A stretch of DNA of 64,000 nt from a virus. Taxonomy: Duplodnaviria; Caudoviricetes. The notes beneath the pieces are model-generated. The model did not search any database and was not told where the DNA came from. It saw only the letters and a list, made by a program, of their open reading frames with translations. The position numbers and the translations under genes are program-made. The stretch is from the IMG/VR virus record IMGVR_UViG_3300006922_000005. One strand, 5' to 3'. Below are positions 37,489 to 48,600 of this stretch, one piece after another (the first letter of the stretch is position 1; the number at the start of each line of letters is the position of its first letter).

Positions 37489-37518
37489 ATTATACGTGAA
37501 ACCTTATAGGTTTGTCAA
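37489..37518 (-). promoter_or_regulatory. Sigma70-type promoter for gp47-gp46
   Basis: TTGACA (37513-37518) - 18 nt - TATAAT (37489-37494). Confidence 0.8.
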
Positions 37519-37520
37519 CC

Positions 37521-38375
37521 TTAATAGTCTGCTTTTGGACGTCTAATGCTTTTATAGAATTCTGCAAGTTTTTCTTTATCTTCTTTAAACACATTTTCAT
37601 TTTGTCTAGTAAATGAAGGATTAAGATTATTTTCTTGTAGAATGTCATCTCTAATATTTTGATTTTTCTTTTCTATGTTTAACACTCTTGTAAAACTGTT
37701 TGTAACTGCGGCAGTATAATATGCAAAAGGATTTTCACTTTTACTTTCGTCAAACTGTAAACCTATTTGTGAAAGTTGTAATACAGCCTGAGCCCTCATT
37801 TCATCGTTATATGTATAGCCACGCCAGTTAGATCGAGTACCGTATCTGTCAGCAAGTTTTAAAAACATTCTTCCTAGTTCTTCAGTAACACGACCGTGTC
37901 CTTTACTAAAACTTCCGTTTTGCATACCACCTTCCCAGTGGCTTTTGCCTACACAAACTAGGTTATCATTCTCATCAAATTTCCAATGCTGGAATGGAGG
38001 AAAATTACAGCGTTCATGCTCGTCTGCAATAGTTTTAGTTTTACGTTTTCTACCTGGTGCTTTTGGAATATGATCAAATGTCATAATTCTAAATACCAAC
38101 GATGTTTTTTCAATTTTACGCCAATCAGGTGTAACTTGTGCAAGTTTAGTCTTTTTGTCGCCTGACATTCTAGCCGCTTCATATGCCGCTTTTCCAATCC
38201 TATCAGCCTGATTTCTTTTTGCTTCTGCTATTGTAAGTCTATTAACTTTTTCTAAACTTGGTAAAATGATATCAAATCTGTGGTAATCGTCGTCAGTATA
38301 CGAACTAAAACTGTTTTTGCTTATATGGATCTGTTTAAGTAGATCTCTATTGTTTAAATATTTTACTTTTCTCAT
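37521..38375 (-). CDS. gp55: Late-transcription sigma factor, T4 gp55-like
   Basis: YLNNRDL, NWRGYTYNDEM, FDESKSENPFAYYT..NSF.R.L..EKK; 55-47-46 synteny as in T4. Confidence 0.8.
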   Translation of the reverse strand: MRKVKYLNNRDLLKQIHISKNSFSSYTDDDYHRFDIILPSLEKVNRLTIAEAKRNQADRIGKAAYEAARMSGDKKTKLAQVTPDWRKIEKTSLVFRIMTFDHIPKAPGRKRKTKTIADEHERCNFPPFQHWKFDENDNLVCVGKSHWEGGMQNGSFSKGHGRVTEELGRMFLKLADRYGTRSNWRGYTYNDEMRAQAVLQLSQIGLQFDESKSENPFAYYTAAVTNSFTRVLNIEKKNQNIRDDILQENNLNPSFTRQNENVFKEDKEKLAEFYKSIRRPKADY

Positions 38376-38398
38376 AAGATTCTCCGTATGTAACTTCT

Positions 38399-38427
38399 AT
38401 TATAAACTACGTAGTTAATAAATGCAA
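38399..38427 (-). promoter_or_regulatory. Sigma70-like promoter for gp55
   Basis: TTGCAT (38422-38427) - 17 nt - TATAAT (38399-38404); GGAG SD before ATG 38375. Confidence 0.6.
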
Positions 38428-38459
38428 TAAATATTATTACCAAAAGGAGCCAAAATAAT

Positions 38460-39215
38460 ATGAATGACAAATTAACTAAAGTGGGCGGCAAACTAGTTGA
38501 TAACCTTATAGGTGCATCTGGCCTAAGCGGAAAACTAAAAAGATTACAATCGTTGCTCGGAGATGAAGGTCCTAAAGAAGGATCAGAACCACCAGTACAA
38601 ACAATTTCATTCTCAGGTGATAAGTTTGGCGAAGATCCTAGAATCAAGATTAAAGTCCCCAAGAGTTATTTAGGTGGGCCAGCACAACATATAGCAAACA
38701 CAAAAGATGGAGGAATAGTATTTCCTTATACTCCACAAATTGTTGTACAAACCAGAGCCAATTATAATAATTTAAATCCCACACATAGTAATTATACGTA
38801 TTATGCTTACCAGAACTCGGCTCTGGACGCAATTTCAATTGTTGGAACATTTACAGCACAAAATCCAGATGATGCAAAATATATGCTAGGAGCAATACAT
38901 GCATTGAGAGCAGTTACTAAAATGAACTTTGGTGGAGGAAAAGATGCAGGTGCACCACCGCCGGTTTGTAGATTGAGCGGATATGGTGAATATCAATTTA
39001 ACAATTTGCCAATTGTTATCTCAAGTTTCTTTTATACTCTTAACGAAGATGTTGATTATATTTCAGTTGGCGTACAAGGTCAAGCAACTGCGGTACCGAC
39101 TAGAGCAGAATTTACTATTGAATGTTTACCTGCATTTTCAAGAAGAGATCAAGCACAGTTTACTATTGAAAAGTTTATAAATGGTGATCTTACAACTGAC
39201 AAAGGAATGTTATAA
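38460..39215 (+). CDS. Tail-tube initiator / baseplate protein (gp48/gp54-like)
   Basis: FPYTPQI, PTHSNY, GTFTAQ, GAPPPVCRLSGYG; first gene of the baseplate operon; TAAATA at 38428-38433. Confidence 0.65.
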   Translation: MNDKLTKVGGKLVDNLIGASGLSGKLKRLQSLLGDEGPKEGSEPPVQTISFSGDKFGEDPRIKIKVPKSYLGGPAQHIANTKDGGIVFPYTPQIVVQTRANYNNLNPTHSNYTYYAYQNSALDAISIVGTFTAQNPDDAKYMLGAIHALRAVTKMNFGGGKDAGAPPPVCRLSGYGEYQFNNLPIVISSFFYTLNEDVDYISVGVQGQATAVPTRAEFTIECLPAFSRRDQAQFTIEKFINGDLTTDKGML

Positions 39216-39514
39216 TGCCAAGATATTCAAATTCAAGTTTATACGCTACAACTAGACAAAATAGTCTTGGTTTAGATATTCTTAACTATAGACAAATTCC
39301 AGCCAAACTAGGCGACAAATTATATGAACTTAAACCTCAATATAATTATCGTCCTGATTTATTAGCAAGTGATTTATTTGACGATCCTGATTTATGGTGG
39401 GTATTTAAATCAAGAAATCCTGAAGTTTTAGACGATCCTGTTTTTGATTTTGTTGCCGGAGTTAACATTTATATTCCAACAATAGATGTAATTAGAAGCA
39501 CAATCGGAAATTAG
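39215..39514 (+). CDS. Baseplate wedge protein, gp53/LysM-like
   Basis: YRPDLLASDLF..DLWWVF..RN. Confidence 0.75.
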   Translation: MPRYSNSSLYATTRQNSLGLDILNYRQIPAKLGDKLYELKPQYNYRPDLLASDLFDDPDLWWVFKSRNPEVLDDPVFDFVAGVNIYIPTIDVIRSTIGN

Positions 39515-39516
39515 TA

Positions 39517-42500
39517 ATGGCGGATAATGTAAACGAAACAAGTAACATTGAACGAGTTGACAATAGAGATCCGTTTGAAAATTCAAGTAAAATTCCTGCA
39601 TGGGAACTTGCTTATATGCAACAAACATACGAAATATACGATGGCCCGTATAGTGACGATGATGATAGAAAGTGGACAGATACTAAAAACTGGAAAGCAA
39701 ACCCAAACTATATCGACGACGAAGAAGAATTTAAAAAATCATACTTTGGAGGAACTGATGATACAGAGTATCAGAGATCAACTAAAGTTCCTTCTACTGT
39801 TAATAACAACCCCGATACAGTTTCTGATAAAGGAACTGGACCATCGCTTAAAAAAGAAGCGGTAGATGAAAATAACAAAGTAAATGCCCCGGGAGGAACT
39901 GCTACACCAGGTAATGCAGAATGGAATAATTTTTATCCAGAGGTTCAAGGGAGACATAATGCACTACATGATTTAAACAGTTACAACTATATCATTACTC
40001 TTGTTTCAGTGTCAACTGATCAAATAAACGATCCAGAAACATACAAAGGAAAAATTATAAATCCTAACGGTGTTGAAAATAAAGATTTTTATATAGTTGC
40101 AAAAAGCGGCGGGTATTCACGTGAAAATGGTCAAACGTTTGCCGCAGGTTCCTACAAACGTGATCCAACACAAGGCGATAGTAGAGACAAAGATTTGTTT
40201 ATAGAAAATCTAGATTTTGAAACTAGACCCGGTATTAATGACATGGGTAATAGTAACTTAACCACAGGAACGTTTGAAATTGTTGAGCCTCACAGTGTAT
40301 CGCAATTTTATAGAGAACTTTTTAACTCCTCTAGATTCAGCGGACATCCTGACTACATTGATGCTCCGTTTTTATTAGTGATTTCGTTTATAGGTAGAGA
40401 TGCAGAAAGTGACGAAGCAGTAACTCCGCCTTTTACAACTAGATATCTTCCAATCAAAATACAAAACAGTGAAATGGAAGTTACTGAAGCAGGTGCTAGA
40501 TATTCTGTAAAATTTTTAGGATTTAATTCCCAAGCAACTACAGCAGTTTATAATACATTGTTTGATGATGTAACTCCACGTGTTAATAACGTAGAGTCTG
40601 TTGAAAGTATTACTTCTAGTGTATTTTTAAAACATTCTGTATTTGAAGCAAAAAGAATGTTACAACACAAACAAGATGTTGACAATGATCCAGAGCAAAA
40701 AGCGGCCGTAGAACAAAGACTTTTGGACACAGACTTAATGGATCAGGTTGATCGAGGAGCCGGCAGTAGTAATGTTCGGATAGACTATTGTATACCTAAC
40801 GAATATTATGTTTGGTTTGCAGACGGATACGGTGGAAATTTCCCATCAAACGGAAAAACACTTCACAGTTTATCATCAGGCTGGAAAAGCAAAGTTAAGA
40901 CTTGGACAGACAACAGTGCATTTGAAGGTCGCCCAACTGTTGGGTTGGCAGGAGGAAATAGAATAGGAGGCTCGGGGCTAAACGATTCAGTATTGCCTTC
41001 TGGAGCACTTAAAATTAAATCATACGAAGCAGAAAAACAAGAGCGAGAAGATAATCTAAAAGCCGCACAGACAGTGTTAAACACAGAAACAAAAGCACTT
41101 AATGCTGAACTTAAAGCATTAGACAGTGCAAGGCAAGCATTGTATAATATTGCTAAAACTAAAATTAAAGATGTTGATGCTGATAAGTTACAAGATCCTA
41201 CACTATCTTTAGATGAAACGCCAGACGAAGTAAAGAAAAAAGTTGACGAAAGTAAAAATTATGCAATTAGTATAGCAGATAAATTAGCAAACTTACCCAC
41301 TGGAAAATCAAGCGGACCTGTTGGCCCTCCTACTCAAGCACAGTTAACTCCAACAGAAGCGGCAGAAGTAGCCACAAATAGAAAGATAATTGAAGAACTA
41401 TCTCCAAAAATTGCTGGGCTAAATGAAGCAGTAGTCAAAGCAGAGGCAGAATTAAAAAAACTAAAAAAAGAATACGACAAATGGGTACAGCAAGGCGGAG
41501 CAGAAGGCGGATACAATTTACAAAGTCGCGGTGACGCATGGTCATTCAGAAAAGGTAGTAACTTAATGTCTATTATTGATACTATGATTACAAATAGTGT
41601 ATACATGGACATCTTTAAACTACCATCAGAATTAGAAAAAATACAATCTACAGAAATGATTCCGTGGTTCAAAACAGAAGTAATAAGTTACGTAATTGGA
41701 TATGATGTTTTAAGAATGAGATATGTATACGAATATCACTATGTTGTTTCTCCATTTGAAATACATTACAGTGCAATGCCGGGTATTAATATTCAATTTA
41801 CAACAAAGCAGTTAAAAGCAAAAGCAATACGTGAATACAATTATATCTATACAGGAAAGAACCTAGATGTATTAAGTTACAACATACGATATAATAATTT
41901 ATTTACAACCCCGTTATTGATAAATCCTCCTAGATTTAAGCCTATAAAACAAGATGGTACAGAAACAGTTACAAACACATTTTTAGAAACTGTAGAAAAT
42001 GCAATTCAAACAAATGTTAATGGACAATCTGGTTTTACTCCAACTCCTCCTGTTGGTAAATTAAATTATAGAGAAGGGCCAAATAATAGAAATGCAATAG
42101 GTATAATATTTCAAGATTTTTTATATAATCCACCGTTTGAAAGACATCTAATTCTAAGTGATATTGATATTATAGGAGACCCTGTATATATTCTTGGAAG
42201 TGGAATAGTAGATCGACCACAAGTTTCTGCAGGAGATATTCTAACCAAAGACGGTGAAATGAATACATTTACTCGTGAACCTCACGTAATATTAAATATT
42301 CGATATCCTGAAGATATACCAACAGCATCAGAACTTGGCGATGAGCAAAACTCAAAATTTGAAATGAAATTAAAAAGAGATCAATACAGTGGTGTATTTG
42401 AAATCTTTAATGTGCGTAATAACTTTAGTGAAGGAGTTTTTAAACAAACACTAAGATTAGCAAGAAAGAAAAATCAGCCTGAAGACTATTATGAGTATGG

Positions 42501-42531
42501 TACTTTAGACGGTGTAACAGGAAGTACATAA
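39517..42531 (+). CDS. Baseplate hub protein, gp27-like, 1004 aa
   Basis: LHDLNSYNY, REYNYIYTGKNLDV, IIGDP..I, YSGVFEI..V.NNFSEGVFKQTL; position between gp53-like and spike genes. Confidence 0.65.
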   Translation: MADNVNETSNIERVDNRDPFENSSKIPAWELAYMQQTYEIYDGPYSDDDDRKWTDTKNWKANPNYIDDEEEFKKSYFGGTDDTEYQRSTKVPSTVNNNPDTVSDKGTGPSLKKEAVDENNKVNAPGGTATPGNAEWNNFYPEVQGRHNALHDLNSYNYIITLVSVSTDQINDPETYKGKIINPNGVENKDFYIVAKSGGYSRENGQTFAAGSYKRDPTQGDSRDKDLFIENLDFETRPGINDMGNSNLTTGTFEIVEPHSVSQFYRELFNSSRFSGHPDYIDAPFLLVISFIGRDAESDEAVTPPFTTRYLPIKIQNSEMEVTEAGARYSVKFLGFNSQATTAVYNTLFDDVTPRVNNVESVESITSSVFLKHSVFEAKRMLQHKQDVDNDPEQKAAVEQRLLDTDLMDQVDRGAGSSNVRIDYCIPNEYYVWFADGYGGNFPSNGKTLHSLSSGWKSKVKTWTDNSAFEGRPTVGLAGGNRIGGSGLNDSVLPSGALKIKSYEAEKQEREDNLKAAQTVLNTETKALNAELKALDSARQALYNIAKTKIKDVDADKLQDPTLSLDETPDEVKKKVDESKNYAISIADKLANLPTGKSSGPVGPPTQAQLTPTEAAEVATNRKIIEELSPKIAGLNEAVVKAEAELKKLKKEYDKWVQQGGAEGGYNLQSRGDAWSFRKGSNLMSIIDTMITNSVYMDIFKLPSELEKIQSTEMIPWFKTEVISYVIGYDVLRMRYVYEYHYVVSPFEIHYSAMPGINIQFTTKQLKAKAIREYNYIYTGKNLDVLSYNIRYNNLFTTPLLINPPRFKPIKQDGTETVTNTFLETVENAIQTNVNGQSGFTPTPPVGKLNYREGPNNRNAIGIIFQDFLYNPPFERHLILSDIDIIGDPVYILGSGIVDRPQVSAGDILTKDGEMNTFTREPHVILNIRYPEDIPTASELGDEQNSKFEMKLKRDQYSGVFEIFNVRNNFSEGVFKQTLRLARKKNQPEDYYEYGTLDGVTGST

Positions 42532-42532
42532 C

Positions 42533-43228
42533 ATGCCAGAATTTTATAAAGAAATAGTAAACGAAAACAGCAAGCCAGCATCAGAGGCTGAATTAGCAAA
42601 ACACAACAAGCCTATTATTGTTAAAGTTCCTAGTAATGCTAGTGAAGTTGCAAATCGTCATGACTCTGCAAAAGCAACAGGAACAACTTCTGTTGGTGAT
42701 GCAACTATTAGTGCAAGTAAATCTGTAGTAAAAGGAGTTAAAACATTCACTAGTGAAATATCAAATGCGGCCGGTAGAGTACAAAGTGGTATTGCACAAG
42801 CACAGTCAATTGCACAAGACCCTGTAAGTTATATTATAGGATTGGCAGAACAAGCATCCGGTGTTAGTGTACCAAGTAGTCCTCAAGGAATAGCAGAACT
42901 GTTAAGTAAATTTAGTGAACCAAAAGTTTCAGGCGACGGTAGAACAGATATTTCAAAAAATAAAAGCGAAGGTGAAGGTGTTGTTAGCGAGATTGGTGAT
43001 GTAGCATCGTTTTCTGCAGATGAATTATCTTCAAAAATTACAAGTGTATCAAACGCAATTTCATCAGCAACAGAAGTTGTTGGAGCAGTAACAGAAGTAG
43101 CAAGTTTAGGTGGTGTTCCGGTTGACAACGTTATTACTCAATCTGTCAGTAAAATATCAACTCCTGTGCAGAGTACACTTACAAAAGTTAAAAATACTAC
43201 AGACGGAACACAAGGAATTATTACATGA
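42533..43228 (+). CDS. Ser/Ala/Val-rich hypothetical protein
   Basis: Coupled ORF inside the baseplate operon. Confidence 0.65.
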   Translation: MPEFYKEIVNENSKPASEAELAKHNKPIIVKVPSNASEVANRHDSAKATGTTSVGDATISASKSVVKGVKTFTSEISNAAGRVQSGIAQAQSIAQDPVSYIIGLAEQASGVSVPSSPQGIAELLSKFSEPKVSGDGRTDISKNKSEGEGVVSEIGDVASFSADELSSKITSVSNAISSATEVVGAVTEVASLGGVPVDNVITQSVSKISTPVQSTLTKVKNTTDGTQGIIT

Positions 43229-45183
43229 GTGGAGTTTTTCTAAAAAGTCAAAAAACTAATAGGGTACAACGACCTAAAGATAGATCAGAACTTGAGTTTG
43301 GTTTATTTTCTAGCATATCTGAAGCAGAAGTAGTAGGTACTGGTGGTCAAGGTACTATTAGAGTTGTACGTGTAGGAAATGACTACAATGACCAAGGTGA
43401 GATTGAAGTTATGATGCTGAGTCCTCATGCTTCATATAAACCTGCTAATGCAGGCGGAGATAATATTGATTCGTTTGAAGATACTCAAACAGCAAGTGGT
43501 ATGGTTGTACCTACACCGCAAATTGGTACTAGAGGTATTATAGCAACACCAAACAAAGATTCAACTAGAGGAGTTTGGTTAGGTTCTATTATGCCACCAG
43601 GACTAGGACAAACTATTCCAGAGCCAGCACGTAGTGATCAAGTTACTGGTAAAAAAGCAGACCTAGACGAATATGCTAGTCCTGTTGGAATGCCAGCAAG
43701 TGAAAAAAATGCTAGTACTTACGATGGTCGTGTAACTACAGATAAGGCAAAACGTGCAATTCATCCTTTTGCAAAAGTTTTAAAAAAACAAGGACTGTTA
43801 GTAGATACAATTAGAGGATCGTCGACATCGTCTATTCTTAGAGATAATGATTCTAAAATGATTGGATTTAATACTCCAGGAGGAGTAGGAGAATCACAAG
43901 ATCTTACACCAACTATAGATGATGGCGGAGTAGTTACTAAAAAACCTATGAACCTAACAAGATTAGGTGGTCATACATTTGTTATGGATGATGGCGACAC
44001 TGGAGGAGAAAATAACCTAGTAAGAATAAGATCAAGTAAAGGCGCCCAAATATTATTTCATGATACATCAGAGATGGTTTACATTGGTAATCAAAATGGT
44101 ACTGCTTGGATTGAAATGACCAAAGACGGTAAGATTGATATGTATGCTAAAGATAGTGTTAGTATTCATAGTGAAGCAGATTTTAATTTCCGTGCAGATA
44201 GAGATCTTAATTTTGAAGCAGGTAGACACTTTAACATTAAAGGTATTGAAAGAACACAAATTGAAGCAGATCAATTAAGACTAATTGGAAAACAAGATAC
44301 TGTAATAGATTCGAGAGGATCTTTAGATATAGTAGGTACAAATATGACAATGTCCACTAATAATCTAAGTATGAATACAACTAATTTAAATATTTCAAAC
44401 AAAATTAATACAAACATTAGATCAGGAGAGATTGATATAGTTTCGCAGTACGGAATGCGTCAAAGTCATGGTACTGGTTTAGAAATTAAAACAAACGTAT
44501 TAGAAAATCAAATTTGGAATGCACAAACATATAATCCAGGAAGAACATACTACAAAGGAGAAACTGTAATATTTGGTACATTATTTTACAAAGCATTACA
44601 ACAAAATATGGTTCCAAGTACTCCTGGTGTTAAAGTTCCACCTTCTCCGGGATTGTTTTGGGAAATTATTCCGCCAGTTATTCCTAAAACTGTACATGGC
44701 GATATAAAAATAGATACAAACGTTGCAGGACCTATGCTTGGTAATATTGATATACATGCTAAAGGAAAAGTTAATGCAACAAGTATTACAGGTTCTATAA
44801 ATTTAAAAGCAGTTGCAGATAATATTAATATACAAACACCTCAAACTGTGTACATAGATGGAACAAGTGCAGTACACTTAAACTTACCTGGACCAGTTCA
44901 ACCACCAGCAGAGCCTATTGCATTAAGTGCGTTAGCAACTAACATACCGTTTCCTTTTGATACAAGTGCAAGTGGCGGAGCAAATGGTGCTGAATTTGGT
45001 GTTTACGAAAATCCAATTACTGATCCTAGTAAACCGTGGAATGAAGCATACTATCAATCAGACAATACATTATATAGTATAATGAAGCGTATACCTATGC
45101 ATGAACCGTGGCCAGGACATGAAGCAGGCGATGGTATAGAAACTACAGCGTCTAATACAGATAGAGAAACCAGTGGTCAGTAA
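43225..45183 (+). CDS. Baseplate central spike, gp5/VgrG-like
   Basis: GHTFVMDDGD...VRIRSSKGAQILFHD, WIEMTKDGKIDMY, beta-helix repeats, C-terminal RIPMHEPWPGHE. Confidence 0.75.
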   Translation: MSGVFLKSQKTNRVQRPKDRSELEFGLFSSISEAEVVGTGGQGTIRVVRVGNDYNDQGEIEVMMLSPHASYKPANAGGDNIDSFEDTQTASGMVVPTPQIGTRGIIATPNKDSTRGVWLGSIMPPGLGQTIPEPARSDQVTGKKADLDEYASPVGMPASEKNASTYDGRVTTDKAKRAIHPFAKVLKKQGLLVDTIRGSSTSSILRDNDSKMIGFNTPGGVGESQDLTPTIDDGGVVTKKPMNLTRLGGHTFVMDDGDTGGENNLVRIRSSKGAQILFHDTSEMVYIGNQNGTAWIEMTKDGKIDMYAKDSVSIHSEADFNFRADRDLNFEAGRHFNIKGIERTQIEADQLRLIGKQDTVIDSRGSLDIVGTNMTMSTNNLSMNTTNLNISNKINTNIRSGEIDIVSQYGMRQSHGTGLEIKTNVLENQIWNAQTYNPGRTYYKGETVIFGTLFYKALQQNMVPSTPGVKVPPSPGLFWEIIPPVIPKTVHGDIKIDTNVAGPMLGNIDIHAKGKVNATSITGSINLKAVADNINIQTPQTVYIDGTSAVHLNLPGPVQPPAEPIALSALATNIPFPFDTSASGGANGAEFGVYENPITDPSKPWNEAYYQSDNTLYSIMKRIPMHEPWPGHEAGDGIETTASNTDRETSGQ

Positions 45184-45200
45184 AGTGGGTAAATAGCAGT

Positions 45201-45638
45201 ATGGCACAGTATAAAGAAATCAATGTAGACGGAAAAACAGACGTAGTTCAAACACAGCAAACTAGTCAAATTTACAAAGGCACGAGTACGGTTAGTGACG
45301 ATAGTAAGAGTTTTTCATTATACGATATAAACTTAATCAAACAGGATTTGTTGAATCACTTTAATATTAGAAAAGGTGAGAAGATCTATAATCCAAATTT
45401 TGGTAGTATTATATGGGATCTAATACACGAACCGTTAACAGAAGAAACAACTGAATTATTACAAAATGACGTTAAAGAAGTCCTTAGATCAGATCCAAGG
45501 GTTTTAGTTGAAAATATTTCAATTTTTGAACAGCAAACTGGTGTACAAATTGTTATTGAAATTAACTTTAAAGACTACAATCAATTAGAACAAATGGTAT
45601 ATACGTTTGATCGAAATAGTGGCTTATCGATGGCATAA
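45201..45638 (+). CDS. gp25: Baseplate wedge / sheath initiator, gp25-like
   Basis: DINLIKQDLLNHFNIRKGEKIYNPNFGSIIWDLIHEP...DPRV. Confidence 0.9.
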   Translation: MAQYKEINVDGKTDVVQTQQTSQIYKGTSTVSDDSKSFSLYDINLIKQDLLNHFNIRKGEKIYNPNFGSIIWDLIHEPLTEETTELLQNDVKEVLRSDPRVLVENISIFEQQTGVQIVIEINFKDYNQLEQMVYTFDRNSGLSMA

Positions 45639-45677
45639 AATAAAATACGCAGTTTATAATTTAAGGTAAATATTTGC

Positions 45678-48600
45678 ATGGCAAGTTATGATAGACAAAA
45701 TTCACTTTTAGTAAACCAGGATTGGAGTAAGATCTATCGATCTTTCACTGATGCTGACTTTAGTTCTTACGATTTCCCTACTATACGTAGGACGATGATT
45801 AATTACTTACGTAAAAATTATCCAGAAGACTTTAACGATTATATCGAATCAAGTGAATATCTTGCATTAATTGATGTAATTGCATTTTTAGGGCAAAGTT
45901 TATCTTACAGAGTTGACTTAAATGCTAGAGAAAACTTTATTGAAACAGCACAGAAAAAAGAAAGTGTATTGCGTCTTGCAAGATTAGTAGGTTATAACAA
46001 CAAACGTAACCAAAGTGCTACAGGACTATTAAAAATTACAGGAATACAAACCACACAGAATTTAACTGACAGTAACGGAACACAGTTACGTAATAGATTT
46101 ATTTTATGGAATGACGATTCAAATGTAAACTGGTTAGAGCAGATCAATACAATTATGAATAACAGTTTCCAAGGAACAACTGTATTTGGAAAACCAAATG
46201 CTAGTGATGCAGTTGGAGGAATTCAAACAGATCAATACAAAGTTAATACAACCAATTCAGATATTCCAACATACAAATTTAGTAAAACTGTTGCAGGGTT
46301 ACAAACATCATTTAATATTGTAAGTGCTAATTTAAATCAGGGTAATATAGTTGAAGAAACTCCATTGCCAGGAAACACTTTAGGATTATTATATAGAAAT
46401 GATAAGAGAGGCAATAGTTCAGAAAACACGGGATTCTTTTTAAACTTTAAACAAGGCGAAACTTACACTTCACCGTTTTCAATTTCAGATCCTTCTAACA
46501 ATGAAGTAATTAATTTAAACACACCTAACATTAATAACGATGATGTTTGGTTATGGGAATTAGATCAATTTGGAAACTATATACAACAATGGACAAAACT
46601 TGATAGTGTTGTTGGAACAAACGCTGTTTATAATTCAGAAGCAAAAGATAATAGAAAAATTTATTCTGTAATTTCAAGAGACCAAGATAAAGTTAGTTTA
46701 AATTTTGCAGATGGAACATTTGGTGATTTACCTAATGGTTCATTTAGAGTTTACTACAGAGTTTCAAATGGTTTAACATATACAATTAGACCAGCAGACA
46801 TGCAAAATATTATTGTTGATATTCCTTACACTTCAAAAAGTGGACAAAGAAATACACTAACAGTTCAATGTGCATTGCAGACTACAGTTACAAATGCTAG
46901 TGCTACAGAAAGTGTTTCTAGTATTAGAAACAATGCACCTCAAACATATTACACACAAAATAGAATGATCACAGGTGAAGACTATAACACTTTACCTTTA
47001 ACGTCTAATCCACAAGTTGTTAAATCAAAAGCAGTAAACAGAGCAAGTAGTGGTATTTCAAGACAGTATGAAATTAAAGATCCAACTGGAAAATATTCCA
47101 GCACAAACATAATGGCTGATGATGGAATACTTTATAAAAATGATTACGAAATAGATTTTAATTTTACATTTAGTACAAGAAATGATGTATTAGGTATTTT
47201 AAGAAACAATATCGAACCTATTATTGCAGGTATAGGAACTAAAAGTTTTTACTATGATAAATTTCCTAGAATACAAACAGCAGGTCTAAACATTGATTGG
47301 GTTAAGTCAACAGACACAAGTGTTGGGTCAACAGGATATTTTAGAAACACAGTGAATAACGCACCTATTACAGTTGGGTCATTTACAGGAAACAACTTTA
47401 GGTTTATTGCAACTGATAGTATGATTAAATTTGTTCCACCAAGTGGTAGATATTTTCTACCTAATGGAGCACTTACAACAACTAAAACAAAATTAACTAG
47501 TGATTATATCTGGGCCAAAGTTGCAAATGTTATTGGTGACGGATCTAACGGCGGACTAGGTGCATTAGATAACGGAACAGGACCAATTGTAATTACAGAG
47601 AAAGTACCAGCACTAGCAATACCAAGTGAGATTGTACCTAATATAGTAACAGACTTACCAAGTGATATTGAAACAGAAATAGTTGACTTAGTATTTTCAA
47701 ATAAAAACTTTGGACTACGTTATGATCAATCTACATTAACATGGAAAATTATTGCTAATGCTAATGCTAATACATTAGATCCATTTAGTTTAGATAGAGA
47801 AGGTGATTTATCAGGAACTAAAGCAGACAAGAGTTGGTTTGTACTATTTGAAACCGACGGTGAAACATACACAGTTTCATACAGGGGATTAGATTATAGA
47901 TTTGAAAGTCAAGACCTTGTACAATTTTATGTTGATACTACAGGAAAAACATATGATCCTAAAACAGGATCAGTAATTAAAGATCAAATTAAAATTCTTA
48001 AAGTAAATGAAGATCCGATTGCTAGTTCAATCTTAACAAAAGATTATCCATGGGAAATTACTGGAGCAATTAGAAACACAGACGGATTTGAAGATACAAA
48101 TAGAGTACAAGTAAACTTATACGACTCAGACGATGACGGAATGATTGATGATCCAGATAGTTTTATAAATGTAGTTGCACCAGAATCAACAGATGTTAGA
48201 GGATATCAAGACAAATTTGTATTCTTCCAAAATACTGTTGTTGGAAACTATACAGTTGCTAAAAAAGTAGATGCAAGTAATTTTATAATTTTTGATAAAG
48301 AAACAAGTATTCCAGCACTTGCAGATTATAGCGACGGACAACTATTTTATTTTTATAGTTCTACAGAAAACGTTATTAAGTCTTATAGTGCAACTAGAGG
48401 AGTATTAGATTTAAACAATACGTATTTTGCAAAACCTGGAAGATCGGATATTAGATTCCAGTATATTCACAATGCAGATAATGATAGAAGATTAGATCCT
48501 AGTAAAACTAACTTAATAGACATCTATATGTTAACCGAAGCATATGACAGTGACTTTAGAACATGGATTGTAAATGGAGGGAATCGACCATTAGCACCGA

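Noticed and set aside
21949-38375. Inteins or introns in portal, capsid, gp46, gp47 or gp55
   Set aside because: Lengths are ordinary and no splicing motifs or internal interruptions were seen.
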